The notes beneath the pieces are model-generated. The model saw only the letters and a program-made list of their open reading frames with translations, did no database searches and was not told the DNA's origin. Of a stretch of DNA of 64,000 nt, positions 38,410 to 50,439 are shown one piece after another. The stretch comes from Eukaryota sp. TZLM1-RC (lineage: Eukaryota > Protista > Metamonada: BaSk clade): the NCBI GenBank assembly GCA_040285825.1, contig JAUPSS010000006.1, forward strand, positions 806,001-870,000, written 5' to 3'. The position numbers and the translations under genes were made by a program. How positions within the stretch are numbered: the stretch's first letter is position 1; every line of letters begins with the position of its first letter.

Positions 38410-38572
38410 GTTCAAAATGAGAAACAGAATGGAGAGGAGATGGCATAGTGCTATTTTCAATTTTTTTCATTCAGTCCATGGACTTCTTGTTTTATTGTTT
38501 TATTCTTGTTTTATTCCGCATGAAAAGTAACATTTTTTCCCAAAAAAATTAATTTTCGACAATTTCATTTAA

Positions 38573-40270
38573 ATGATCGATCCTCCTGAGAGTTTCTTCT
38601 GTGTTATTCACCAGGGGATCCTTGTTAATCCTGCGGTACTTCGATGTGGCCACAGCTTCTGTCAGGACTGCATTCACCAATGTCTCGACAAAGTTTCCAA
38701 ATGTCCATCCTGTCGGAAGGAGGCCAAGCGTGAAGACGTTGCAGTTAACTACCAGCTGAGAGATCTCATGGCTGACGTTCTGAAGCCTACAATCATTAAT
38801 GCTTCTGACATCGATTCCACCAATCTTTTAGTTCGAACTACAAGGGCTCAACTTTTTACTGGTCGCTATGTAACAAAATCGATGGTGTGGAAACAACCAT
38901 ACTGTACTTCTGACAATGTAAATTCTGTAAAAGATGATCTTGTACGTATCTTCCAGCTTTTCGAGGCACTTAGTGACATTGAACAATTTGTTGTCATCTA
39001 TGGTGTTACCCTTGACCCCCCTGGGCTAGTCCAGGAGCGACTTTCATGTTCCATTCAACAATGCTTGCATTTGAAGCGATCCATCTCCTTAGAGGAAGCG
39101 GAAATCATCATGGAAGATGTTGCCACTAGTATGTTTGCCCTCCATGATAATGGATTTGTCCATAGGGACATTTCTAGCTGCAGTGTTCTACTCAGGGTTC
39201 GTCAAAGTGCCATAACTGCTGCAAAAATTGGTGATATCGATGACTCTAGAACTAAAAATGCTTCTCTTACTCAGTCTGTTTTTGGAACCGCAGCGTATAT
39301 GGCACCCGAGGTCTTATTTGGACAATGTACCAAAGCCAGTCCAAAAGCTGACATTTTTGCTACAGGTGTCCTGTTTTGGGCAGTTCTTACAAACCAAGAC
39401 CCCTCACATATGGCCCAAAATGATCCTTTGCTACAACTCAAGCGATTGAAATCACATGGTGCTGCTCTTATTATCATAGATTTGCTGCCGTTTAAATGGA
39501 AGTCACTTGTTTGCTCTATGACTCAATCAAATCCCGAGGATCGTTCTTCTGCAGACCATGTACTTGCCACAGTAAAGATGAATCTAATTGGAGGAGATGT
39601 ATTATCTGCTACATATGTCCTCAAAGCTCCACTACCCCACCAGCGAATTTCGTCAAAAAATTTGCAGAGTTCAGTCCGAAGAATATCACGGCCTCAGAAA
39701 TGGCAACTGACAAGAACCAAAAAGCTGAATTTAGGAGACGCCAAACTGATAATGCATCTAAAGTTTATGTAAATTCGTATCACATAGGTTCTGTGGTTGA
39801 ACAGAATGTCCAGGATGTAATCCATGGTGAACGAGCCAGTGTTGATCTTAGTCTGAACGAGATTGATGATCAGGATGCTTGTGCTCTTGCTGATGCTGAA
39901 ACTAATCAATCACTTTGTAGTTTAAACCTTTAGTTCAACAACGTCTGTAATCAAGGTGCTTGTGCACTTGCTCGTGCTCTGGAAACTAATCAAACACTTT
40001 CTTGTTTGGACCTTGGGGATAACAACATTGGAAAGGAAGGTGCTTGTGCACTGGCCCGGGCTCTTGAATCTAATAGAACACTTTGCAGTTTTGAGTCTTT
40101 AGAACAATTACATTGGTGATGTTGGTGCTTGTGCATTTGTTAGAGCTCTTGAATCGAATTCAACTCTTTCTAATTTGAATCTTTGTGACAACAACATTGG
40201 TGATTCAATTCAGTCAAGACTCAAACAAATTGCATCTCATCAACCTTCCCTTTTAATTTCTTGTGAATAA
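38573..40270 (+). pseudogene. RING (C3HC4) + protein-kinase-like + RI-type LRR gene, disrupted in its 3' third
   Basis: C-x2-H...CGHSFC-x2-C...CPSCR; HRD and APE motifs. LRRs (GACALARALETNQTLSCLDLGDNNI) are in other frames, with TAG at 39931 and 40100 and a frameshift near 40090. Confidence 0.8.
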
Positions 40271-40336
40271 ATCGTCCATTTTTGTAAATTTATTCCACAT
40301 TTGATGGAAACAGAAATAACGGAACACAGGCTTATT

Positions 40337-40418
40337 TTATAGTGTTGAGCTACTGACAAGTCGAAATTGTAGGACATTTATAGTGTTGAGCCACTGACAA
40401 GTCGAAATTGTAGGACAT
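40337..40418. repeat. 41-bp tandem duplication (2 copies, 1 mismatch)
   Basis: TTATAGTGTTGAGC(T/C)ACTGACAAGTCGAAATTGTAGGACAT x2. Confidence 0.95.
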
Positions 40419-41079
40419 GGAAAAAACCTTACTTTTTATTGTCGATGAATAAGCTACTTTTTCCAAAGTTAAAGCTAAAGCCGGAAAACCCCTAAATTCA
40501 ACGCTACAATGACTGCGAGTAAAACTAAATGAAATTCCAGACCAGAAGTCTTGTATACGCTGTCTGGATGTTCCATTGTCAAGATCTCAACTACATATAC
40601 AATGCAACCAATATGATGAATTTCAAACAATTGATGTTACTGATTAATGTTATTGAGAAATATTTATTTAAACCATGTTTTGGGTGACTACATCTGTATG
40701 ACTACTCTAAATTAATGGAGTTAATTCTTGTTTACAACGAAGTTTGTTCTTGTCTCTAATAATTAATGATTCTAATAATAGCATCGTCATCTTTTTTTTG
40801 TCAAAATTTTTGAAACTGTTTGCTTATAAACCTGTGATATCAATGAAATCAGTATATATAGAAAGAAAGTCAGGTCTTTGCTGTTTGCATGAGAAGGTGT
40901 TTGGCAAATGTAAGTACAACAGATTGTGTTATGTGTTTCTGACAATTTCTAATGTTGTGTTTCATATCATGAGGTTTCATATCATCACTGAATGAGTTCT
41001 TAACCAACTACAAATGATTAGGCACATTTATTATTCTAAAGTTACATTTTAATAACTGAACAGGATACATTGTGGCAAT

Positions 41080-41757
41080 TTATTCGGCAGTTTCTTCTTC
41101 CTTAGCTTCGGTCTCTGACTCGGAACGTTGCATAATATACACATAGAAATAATTTGACGGATTGTCTGAACCTTCTTCGAGTCCAAGCATAGACTTGGGC
41201 ACCGTCTTGGTTTCAACATTCCAGTTAAGTCCTTGACGCTTAAAGTGATCTTCTCTGGATTCAGGTTGACCGTAGGTTACATTGACATAGACACCATCTG
41301 GTTTAAGAATGCGATTGATTTCCTTGTGGGCAGCATAGACGTTTTCGAAACTATCCTTTCCGCAAAGAAGAGCATCCATAGTACCCTTATCGAGTACAAT
41401 ATCAAAGGACTCTGATGGGAAATCAAGCTTGCGAACATCCATAGTTACCCATTCTAGTTCTGGAGCGGATTCCTTGTATTTCTCACGCATCTGGTCGATG
41501 ACTAAATCAGAAATATCCATGGAAACGATGTTTTTGTATCCCTCTTCATAAAGTTGATAGGAAAGGCCTAAAGTGAGAATTCAAAGATAATACATACGAG
41601 AGTTACCACAACCTACAACCAAAATCCGAGCATTTTCGTTCAAATGAGGAGCAAGGATCTCACGGAGATTAACGTATGTGAGATACCAATCGAAATTAGT
41701 GTTGGGTTCCTTCTTGTAGCGTTCGTTCCAGTAGTGGGGATCGGCGTATTCGGGCAT
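41080..41757 (-). CDS. EEF1AKMT4/METTL13-N-like class I SAM lysine methyltransferase, 215 aa; exons 41757-41598 and 41567-41080
   Basis: MPEYADPHYWNERY...FDWY...ILVVGCGNSRLS...MDIS...MDVRKL...FDIVLDKGTMDAL. A 30-nt GT-AG intron at 41568-41597 restores the frame. Confidence 0.93.
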
Positions 41758-42973
41758 TGGCTAGGAGTTGTGAATGGTCTTGTGAAATTCATTAAATTCA
41801 CTCACTTAACTATTGACACGTCATCATCACTTCTTGATATAGATAACATTAGCTGACCACTGTCATAATGGACGTTATGTGTTGACCGTCTTGCATTCTG
41901 ATAAATACAGTGTAAACTTATGGGTGTGGACACAAAGTTTCTTCTCCTTATCAGGTCTACATCACTCAATTACCAACTTTTATGGCTCAACAGCCATTAT
42001 GTCCCTCTTAATCGTAAATGTTATACAGTATTGTCTTTTTCTGATCAACATTGCGTCATTGCTTTTCAGAATTCGAGACATCGTTGCTACTATCAAAAAG
42101 TATCTTGTCAGGCTCTGAAAATCTTGTTTCTGTTGGTATCCAATGGGATCAACCTTTTGGAGCGAAACAGATTGATCAAATGGATATTATGTTTTCTTAC
42201 TGACTGTCTACAAAGGATCCCTTATTTAAAACAATAGATAAGCAGCGTGGCACCTTTGTACTTTGTACTGAACGAAAAACGCACTTTTTCGTATGTTTTT
42301 CTTTCAAAAATGTGGTTTAACAAACATCACCAGTTCTTGCACATATCCGTTGTTGCTCAGTTCTACAAATACAATGTTTTTACTCAAAATTTTTTTAAAA
42401 ATAATTAATTTTATAAAATTAAAAAAACAAATCATCAGAATACAAAACACCACAATTTGAAAGAAAAACAATTGTGCGGGAGTGTAACTTTGAGTTGGGT
42501 TTGATCCTATCTCTCTTCAATCAATCTACTTGTTTCTTTATTTTATTTGAAACAGGTTTACATGGAAAATCAACTTCAACAATTCTTTCAGTCATATCTT
42601 TCAAATAACATGGAACTGACCAAACAATATTGGAATGTAACTCTTTAGGGAAATTTCAAATCATTGAGAAAAGCAAAGATGGGTTACAGAGAATACTGCA
42701 GTTTGGTTCTGTGCGGCCTGAGTTACACTGATGTAACAGAACAATGCCAAAATTACACTGTTGTAAGCAGTGATCCAGAATACACAATTTGCTTCACTAA
42801 CAATCATGGTGTTTCGACTTATTTATTAAATACATTATATTGCCAGAAATTCAATGAATCAATTGCATCATGACAATCAGCTATTTCCAAACATTATATT
42901 CCTTGCAGACGATCTATTGTCTTCTTGAATAACTTTATTCTGCAACCATACAGCATCTCACAGCACCACCATC

Positions 42974-45298
42974 ATGGAACTCAATATCGATGGTCTCCGT
43001 GTAGCCTTTCCATACTCTCACGTTTATCCTGAGCAAGTTCGCTACATGTTTTATGTCAAAAAAACACTTGAACTCAATGGCAATGGTATTCTTGAAATGC
43101 CAACAGGAGCTGGTAAAACTGTTGCTCTCCTCACAGTCTCTCTTGCCTTTCAACTTCACAAAAAACTCACTGGGTCACCCATTGGAAAAATTCTATACTG
43201 CACCAGAACCATTCCTGAAATCACCCAAGTCATGGAAGAAGTGAACAGGTGTGTGGAAGCACTGTCCATACTTGATATAAGACCCGATCACAAACCAAAA
43301 TGTCTTGCTCTTTCGTCGCGTAAAGCTTTGTGTATTCATCCTGATGTTAAATCATCCAACCAAATAGATATAGACTCTCAATGTTTTTCAATGACAGCTC
43401 CCTTTGTTCGGAATGGTGATATTGAAGATATACGTTCGTGTAGCTACTATGATGCTTTTGATGTGGACGATCCTCCAGTTATTGCAGGAGGAGTTTTTTC
43501 TTTGAAATCTCTACAAGCCTATGGTCAGGTTAACAATATTTGTCCATATTTCTTGGCAAGAAAATCAATATATTCAGCGGATTTAGTTGTAATGAGTTAT
43601 CTCTATTTAATTGATCCAAAAGTTTCAAATGTAATTGAGTCACATAAACTTATAGAAAATTCAATAATACTGCTAGATGAGGCTCATAACCTCGATGATT
43701 CGTGTTTGTCTTCATATTCAATAGATTTATCATTACAAATTCTTTCACATGCAACAGTATCTATAACAAAACTGACAACAAAACTAGCTGAAAACAAAAG
43801 CAAGGTGATGGCAGCTATAGAGTCTGAGTTTAAATCAGCATTGGTGAGAAGTGGCAAGATAATAGGTGGTTTGATTCCCGATGCCGTTCTCCCTGCTGAT
43901 CTCAGAATCAAGGCTGTTCCTTTTAGCTTAAAAAAGGCGGAGTTCTTCTTATCTATATCGAGGAGAATTGTTGATCATTTCCGGACATTGTTGAAGAAAT
44001 ACAGTCCTGAATCAGGAACATCGTTCTCTGCACAAACACGATATGTCATCCCTTCAATGTTTGTCACCGAACTTGAGGAAGCTCTAGCATTGACGTCAGA
44101 GCAACTTCAAATGCTACCAAAGATATTTTCTTCAGTCATTACTGCCCTAGAGATTGTAGATGTTGGTTCATATGCTGCTTTATCATCTGTGCTAACATTC
44201 TGTCAGCTTGTGTCAACTTTTGATGATGGTTTTCTTGTTGTATTTGAACCATCCACTGTGTCTGCAGGGTTTCTACCCCCCTCTGGTGTTGCACACCAAA
44301 CAGGAAGACTGCGGTGTGCGTGTTTAGATTCATCATTAGCGATGAAGAACATTATCACGAAGAACAATTCCATCATTCTTACTTCTGCAACTCTTACCCC
44401 TCTGGATGTACTTCCTCGCATCCTAGGCCTTTCCGTTCTGATCAGTGAGTCCTTCCCTCTATCACTTCCTAGATCTGCTGCTTTACCTTTGGTGGTCACC
44501 AAGGGAGATGATCAAAGTAATCTTAGCACTCGTTTCACAGTTCGCAGTAACGCTTCTGTCCTTCGCAACTACGCCTTACTAATCTCAAACATTTGCTCTA
44601 GTACCCCTGATGGCGTTGTGGTGTTCTTCCCTTCCAATAGCTATCTCCTATCTTGTCTATCCCTATGGAAAGAACTTGATATGATCCAGTTATTCACCAA
44701 GCACAAAATCCTGTTAATTGAAAACTCAACCGATCAATCTGTAGTATCTGACCACATTGTAGCGTCGTATTCCGGAAGAGGGTCGCTTCTCTTTGCGGTG
44801 GTGAGAGGTAGAGTTTCTGAAGGTGTCGATCTACAGGGCCCCATAGCCAGAGCAGTGATACTGCTAGGTTTGCCATTTCGTAATATAAGTGATCCTTGTC
44901 TCAAAGCACGGCTTGGTTATGTTAGTGTTAAATATGGAGTCTCTGAATCTGATTGGTTAGTGTGGGATGCTCTTAGGGCTTCTATTCAGTGTGTCGGCCG
45001 AGCTATTCGGTCTAAGGATGATTATGCACTAATTGTGCTTGCCGATAAGCGGTTTAATCAATCAAATAGATTGGAAAAATTACCACCTTGGCTGAGGAAA
45101 TTTGTAGTCGATCAAAATTTAAATATTTCGGTTGATTTTACCAGTGGATTGGCCCAGAATTTCTTTAGGGAAATGTCAAAAAAACTTGATCCAGAACTTT
45201 TGGAAAATAGTATTTTTTCTAGAGAAAAAGCTACCTTGTTATTAGGGGACTTGGTTGAGAGCTTTAGTAGTAAATTTTCTGGTTATAGTGAAACATAA
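42974..45298 (+). CDS. ERCC2: TFIIH helicase XPD/Rad3
   Basis: FPY..VYPEQ Q-motif, LEMPTGAGKT, YCTRT, four Fe-S Cys, DEAHN, TSATL, PDGVVVFFPS, RGRVSEGVD, QCVGRAIRSKDDY, DKRF. Confidence 0.96.
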   Translation: MELNIDGLRVAFPYSHVYPEQVRYMFYVKKTLELNGNGILEMPTGAGKTVALLTVSLAFQLHKKLTGSPIGKILYCTRTIPEITQVMEEVNRCVEALSILDIRPDHKPKCLALSSRKALCIHPDVKSSNQIDIDSQCFSMTAPFVRNGDIEDIRSCSYYDAFDVDDPPVIAGGVFSLKSLQAYGQVNNICPYFLARKSIYSADLVVMSYLYLIDPKVSNVIESHKLIENSIILLDEAHNLDDSCLSSYSIDLSLQILSHATVSITKLTTKLAENKSKVMAAIESEFKSALVRSGKIIGGLIPDAVLPADLRIKAVPFSLKKAEFFLSISRRIVDHFRTLLKKYSPESGTSFSAQTRYVIPSMFVTELEEALALTSEQLQMLPKIFSSVITALEIVDVGSYAALSSVLTFCQLVSTFDDGFLVVFEPSTVSAGFLPPSGVAHQTGRLRCACLDSSLAMKNIITKNNSIILTSATLTPLDVLPRILGLSVLISESFPLSLPRSAALPLVVTKGDDQSNLSTRFTVRSNASVLRNYALLISNICSSTPDGVVVFFPSNSYLLSCLSLWKELDMIQLFTKHKILLIENSTDQSVVSDHIVASYSGRGSLLFAVVRGRVSEGVDLQGPIARAVILLGLPFRNISDPCLKARLGYVSVKYGVSESDWLVWDALRASIQCVGRAIRSKDDYALIVLADKRFNQSNRLEKLPPWLRKFVVDQNLNISVDFTSGLAQNFFREMSKKLDPELLENSIFSREKATLLLGDLVESFSSKFSGYSET

Positions 45299-46140
45299 AT
45301 GCAGAATTTGAGTATATTTTGTTTATTAATTCTGTTATACTTTTTTTGCCAATCAGTTTAGATCACAAAAGATTTATAAATATATTCCATAATATAGTAA
45401 GTTATAAAAAGAAATATAAATGGTTAATAAATTTCAACAAACAGATGATTTTTGTGCTGATTTAGACCAAACTACATCACAATTGGTGAGTGTATGAATT
45501 TTCCCAATATTCATCATATTCAATATTGTATTATATTTCATTCAATATTCAATATTCACATATTTATCCCTACTCTTGATTTGTCAAAATTGAAATTGAT
45601 GATGTGTGGTTTGATATAATGGAATAATGATCAAAGGTATTTATTAGATTTCACTATTCCTGATAAAGGCCATCACTAGTGAAGTCTATACTGGACTAAT
45701 TGTGCACAGTACGACAAAATATTCAACACTGTACATAAATATATAAATCTGAAATTCGAAATATAATAAATTGAACAAACTGACCATATTTTTTTCATTT
45801 AGTGCAGTTATTGTTGGTATAAATGGTGATGCTAGTTTTTTTTGTTCACCGAAATGAATGAATTTTTTTTAATAATTGGAATCGACGTATTCTGGAAATG
45901 GCAATGAATAAAAAACCATGGCCATGTAGACCAAACCAGCATCAAAACGTTCTTATTTAATGTCAAGAAACATACTCAATTCAATCAGCAAAACAAGATT
46001 TCAACGTGATAAAGCAAGTGATTATCTTTTCATTTAAAATGACAGACAAATATATAAGAATACGAATTGCTAAAGATAGTGAGTCAGAATAAGGAGATGA
46101 AAACAATCATTAAGTTAAACTATTCGTTACTGAAAAACTT

Positions 46141-46230
46141 TTTCAGTTTCATCTAAATAATCATGGAAAGTATCAATGGAAAACCTTTTAGCTGAATACT
46201 GAATCCACCATGGAAAATAAGATAATTCAA
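46141..46230 (-). pseudogene. Isolated C-terminal fragment of an RCC1-LRR family paralog
   Basis: ELSYFPWWIQYSAKRFSIDTFHDYLDETEK matches the ends of both full paralogs. Confidence 0.85.
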
Positions 46231-46251
46231 TTTTTATCAATTATATTTATT

Positions 46252-46456
46252 TTCTACAAAGAATCAAATAAAAACAAAACAAACTAAAACACATAAGAAA
46301 CTAAATTCTCCACGCCATCTCTTGATGAATCCTTATAAAGTTTGGACATCATTAAACTCAAGTACTTGGGAACACTTCTGTACAAAGCGCAAATGATACG
46401 ATTCTTTCATAAATTCCCTGCAAAATTCTTACCACTTGAACGACATAAATTACCAA
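46252..46456 (-). mobile_element. RLE retrotransposon 3' end, close inverted copy of about 20142-20360
   Basis: Near-identical nucleotide match, including the ENLVSYVF* end. Confidence 0.9.
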
Positions 46457-47241
46457 AATCATTGATGAAATTCAAGTATTAATTATTTATTCAATTATTC
46501 ATTATAACCTGTGATGCCGTTGTTTGTGATAATTGTCGCCATCCCGTTCTCTTTTCCCAGTTTTCAAAGCTAAAACTATCGCACTCAGTCCCCGATGTGC
46601 AGTATGTTTGCCAACTTTGCCATTATTGGTTCACCATACGGCTGTCCCTTGCTAGATACTCTGACTTTGTGGATCTCCATCAATCATTGTTGGATGCTTA
46701 TGCTGATTCCCGGATAGTATTGAAAACCTCAATACTTTTAAGCATAAGGTTGTTCACTTTTTGAGGCAACGGTTTCATGGTTTCTCCAAGGAAATGGTAG
46801 TGATTGGAAAGAACGTCAAGCAGTTTTGGATAGAGAAAGTTCGTCAGTTTGATTCATAATGATTGTTTTCTCTTTTGTATAAAAACAAACTATATTTGTT
46901 GCTCAGTATTATTATTAATAATTCTAATTATCAGCCTACAATCTTTGTATATCAAGTAAAAAATTACAAGATAACCTAAGCTTTAACCATATTGTTTTAT
47001 TGTTTGTTTCATATTCAACAAATGAACCTCGACTATGTTTTCCGATCGATCGGGGTTGGGATCGGCCGACATATTATCAACAAATTAGTTGGTTGTTATA
47101 CGTGGATTAATTACTGAATTAATTTCACACAAAATGAATAAAAAAGTTGCTTTATTGACTATTTTGCTTATGAAAAAGAGAGAAAGAACGTAAACAATAC
47201 AATTGATAACAAAAATGAGTACGGAAGGAAATAAAAAACAA

Positions 47242-49566
47242 TCATTTACAAAACTTCTTATGAAAAGCTTCCTCAGTTTCATCTAAATAATCATGAAAAA
47301 TATCAATCAAAAACCTTTCAGCTGGATACCGAATCCACCATGGAAAACAAGATAATTCTACTAAATATTCATTCTTAATTAGTTTAACAGATTTCACTAA
47401 GAATTGATTAATAAGTGTTGTTGGAGATAGGGGAGAATTTGCCAGACTATGTTTACTATATTCAAGCAATAAAATGGATTTCAAAGACGGAAAGTTTTGT
47501 TCAGTGATGTTGGTAGGAACCATACCATGAATAACAAATTCCTCCAACATATCTAATCGTATATTGGCAGTAATCCAATGTTCTACTTCTAATCTAACAA
47601 TGGATTGAGGTAAGGGTAGTTGTCCATTTAATATTCTTTTTGAAATGTCTGAATTCATCACCACCAACTCTTTTAATAAGGTAAGATAGCTTAAATCAGT
47701 AACCCTAATGATGCGGTGTTTAAGCACTAACTTCACTAGTGAGGTGGGTAATTGTGGTACATTGAATGGACAACTCAGCTCTAGACACCTGAGACTTGAT
47801 AAATGTGCAAAGTTTAAATAAAACCATGTACCACCAAGTCCACCAAGCTTAATAACCTCAACATTTGGGAAAAATGACAATAATTCTGGATCATTATCAA
47901 CCATATAAAAGTGAACCTCAAGTTTTTTAATTCTAGTATTAAATACTTTAGGACCATTATAATCAGTAGACAATTGCAATTGTAATTCACAAATATTTTC
48001 ATTTAAATCTAAATTTTGAGGATCTCTTAAAAATTCAAAACAATTAATAACTTCCATGCAAATTTTGGCAACCTTTTTGCTAATACCACATTTGGTATAG
48101 AATCTGGCTCTTGGATAACGACAATTACCAAACAAGTTTTTCAAATATTGTAAATATTCAAAGTAAATTAATTTGATTAGACCACTAAACATTCTATCCA
48201 AAGGTTTTTTTGGATGACGAAAACTGCCAAGTACTTCAGACCCAAATACTTTGACGGGTTGAGGTCGATCAATCAAATCACCTGTACCTAATTGACCTTT
48301 ATCATTCCTTCCCCAAGCCCAAACAGTGTTTTTGTTGTAGGCAAAAAGTAATTCTTCACCTACAGAAATACCTTCTATTTTAGTTAAAGCTTCAATACAT
48401 CTTGGTTTACCAGTATCTTCGTAAAATTCGCTTATTCTGCACAACTTACCCCAAACAAAAACTTTACCACTATTATCAATGGCAGCACGAATACCATCAT
48501 AACCATTAATAAAAACAATATTACTTAACCTTGGAACTTTGGTGGGTTTGTCGTAGAAGGAAACATAATTATCCTTGCTGAACTCCCAAACATCACCATT
48601 GACATCAATAACAAATAAATAATTACCATCAAGCAAAAAAGAACCCTGGAATGGTTCTTTGGTAGATATATGCTTGGTGACTGGTATCTTGCAAGGTTGA
48701 TGACGGTAAGAGTAATAGAAATCACCATTTACATCAACTGCGACAAAATCATCACCATGCACAGACATAAAAACAATATTATTAAGGCTTTTAATTAATT
48801 CAAATGATTTATCATCTCCCCATTTAACAACTTGGCCATCCAGGGTTAAAGCAAAAGAACAAAACACACCACAATAAACATCCTTAATTTTATAAGGAAT
48901 GTTTATTTCAGTGATTGGTAGATTGTTACTACTTGATCTTTTGATTTGGTTTAATCTATTACTACCCCAACCATACAACTTACCGTCAGAAGAGAGGGCA
49001 AGGGAGTGATTAATACTAGCTGAAATAACTTGAATATCATTTGAAGGTAATTTGATTGGTGATTTGATTGATTCAGGTCCATCATAGAGAACTTGACCAT
49101 AATCATTACTCCCCCAACCAAAAACCTCACCAGAATATGTGAGAAGAAGTGTGTGGCAACCACCCACAGAAATGGACTTAACCCCAACCATCCTGTCCGA
49201 TCGATCGGGGTTTGGGTCGGCCGACACATCTTCACAAGCACTTGATATGGAAGACTCTTGAATAATATAGTGGTTTGGAGCCACGTCCATCGCTGACGGA
49301 AAGGCAGTAGAGGGTAAATATGATTTCGGGCCGTCATTGACAGAGCTGGTGAGGGAAAGGCGAAAAGAATTTTCTTTGTCAGGGGAGAGGTCTATGGTTC
49401 TTGAAGAGGGATGATGGGAAGACACAGAAGAGTTGACAGGGATTGAAGAGGGGAAATGGGAAGAGTATGAATCAAACGAAGAAGGCGGTGCATCTTCACG
49501 GCAGCACGTCGGTAAAGAAGAAGGCGTGACATTGTGGTAAGATGAGAGAGTAGGGTGCTTGGACAT
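47242..49566 (-). CDS. RCC1-repeat + degenerate LRR/FNIP-like protein, paralog 1 (ORF open to 49605; first ATG 49566)
   Basis: HTLLL..GEVFGWGSN.YGQ, HSLAL..DGKLYGWG, VWAWGRNDKGQLGTGD; C-terminal PFNVPQLPTSLVKL and LPQSIVRL; Ser-rich N-terminus. Confidence 0.85.
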   Translation of the reverse strand: MSKHPTLSSYHNVTPSSLPTCCREDAPPSSFDSYSSHFPSSIPVNSSVSSHHPSSRTIDLSPDKENSFRLSLTSSVNDGPKSYLPSTAFPSAMDVAPNHYIIQESSISSACEDVSADPNPDRSDRMVGVKSISVGGCHTLLLTYSGEVFGWGSNDYGQVLYDGPESIKSPIKLPSNDIQVISASINHSLALSSDGKLYGWGSNRLNQIKRSSSNNLPITEINIPYKIKDVYCGVFCSFALTLDGQVVKWGDDKSFELIKSLNNIVFMSVHGDDFVAVDVNGDFYYSYRHQPCKIPVTKHISTKEPFQGSFLLDGNYLFVIDVNGDVWEFSKDNYVSFYDKPTKVPRLSNIVFINGYDGIRAAIDNSGKVFVWGKLCRISEFYEDTGKPRCIEALTKIEGISVGEELLFAYNKNTVWAWGRNDKGQLGTGDLIDRPQPVKVFGSEVLGSFRHPKKPLDRMFSGLIKLIYFEYLQYLKNLFGNCRYPRARFYTKCGISKKVAKICMEVINCFEFLRDPQNLDLNENICELQLQLSTDYNGPKVFNTRIKKLEVHFYMVDNDPELLSFFPNVEVIKLGGLGGTWFYLNFAHLSSLRCLELSCPFNVPQLPTSLVKLVLKHRIIRVTDLSYLTLLKELVVMNSDISKRILNGQLPLPQSIVRLEVEHWITANIRLDMLEEFVIHGMVPTNITEQNFPSLKSILLLEYSKHSLANSPLSPTTLINQFLVKSVKLIKNEYLVELSCFPWWIRYPAERFLIDIFHDYLDETEEAFHKKFCK

Positions 49567-50439
49567 TGATGTGATAATGGATTGAACAACAGTGTTGAAG
49601 TTCAATACTTGAATAACATTCCATTAAATTCCATAATTCTTATTTTGAAACCTTTGGGCCAAAAGTTCAATGAATTACGTGCGAATGTTTTGTCACAATT
49701 ATTAGGATGTAAAATGTCCCAAATTACCGTTCATGCTTATGTTAGTCCACATTAAGGTCGTTTCGGTTGGACAAAAGTCTAAATTTTTACTTCGTGTGCT
49801 TCTATCGCTCAATGTAGAAAATTAATAGTTAAGTTTTCTCAAAAATTTGTGGAGTAGGAACATTAATTAGTGAAAACGCAAAATTCAACTATTTTTGTAT
49901 TAAACGAAGAAATTAAATAAAAAAATAAATAAATAAAAAAATGAAAAAATAAATGAATAAATAAGAATATAAATAATAAAAAATTAAATGTAGAAAAATA
50001 AACTTAAAACTGCTCTCATCTTCTTTGCGACAAAAGTAGGGCAAATCGTCTCCAAATAAAGTCGCACAAGGAATCCTGTCTAAGATAATTTCTATGCAAA
50101 CGACTGGTTCAAAGTTGATTTCAGATTCTGCTTGGCATACTGTATGTAGCCGAAATACAGGATCGCCGTGAAGCTTTTTAGTGCTCTCATACAACATGCG
50201 TTTATATTTGTAAGTGTTGCAATTTCTTCTGCCGTTTTTTCGATGAAAAGTGTCAATGAAATTGGCACATTTAGATCATCTTTGAAACTTGATAAACAAT
50301 AACTGATGATTTGTTGAAAAAATATAAAACAGTAAAACACAAATAATTCCCAGAAAAAGAAGGAAGAGTTTGACTACTCAAATGCAAAATTGTGATTCAT
50401 TGTTGACATTGATTTATTGAAGAACAAACACTTTGTTAA

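Noticed and set aside
39763-39804. An intron joining the kinase and LRR frames
   Set aside because: The GT-AG pairs tested (19, 25, 36, 42 nt) do not give the needed phase (length 2 mod 3).
39931-40102. Genome-wide reassignment of TAG (or TAA/TGA) to a sense codon
   Set aside because: XPD, both RCC1 genes and the methyltransferase (about 2500 codons) contain no in-frame stops and end in TAA. In-frame stops occur only in degraded sequences, and one homologous site is TAG in one copy and TAA in another.
40337-40418. CRISPR-like array
   Set aside because: Only two adjacent copies, no spacer, and a eukaryotic context.
43053-44876. Short ORFs overlapping XPD (and similar ones over the RCC1 and kinase genes)
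   Set aside because: Alternate-frame or antisense shadows of real CDSs.
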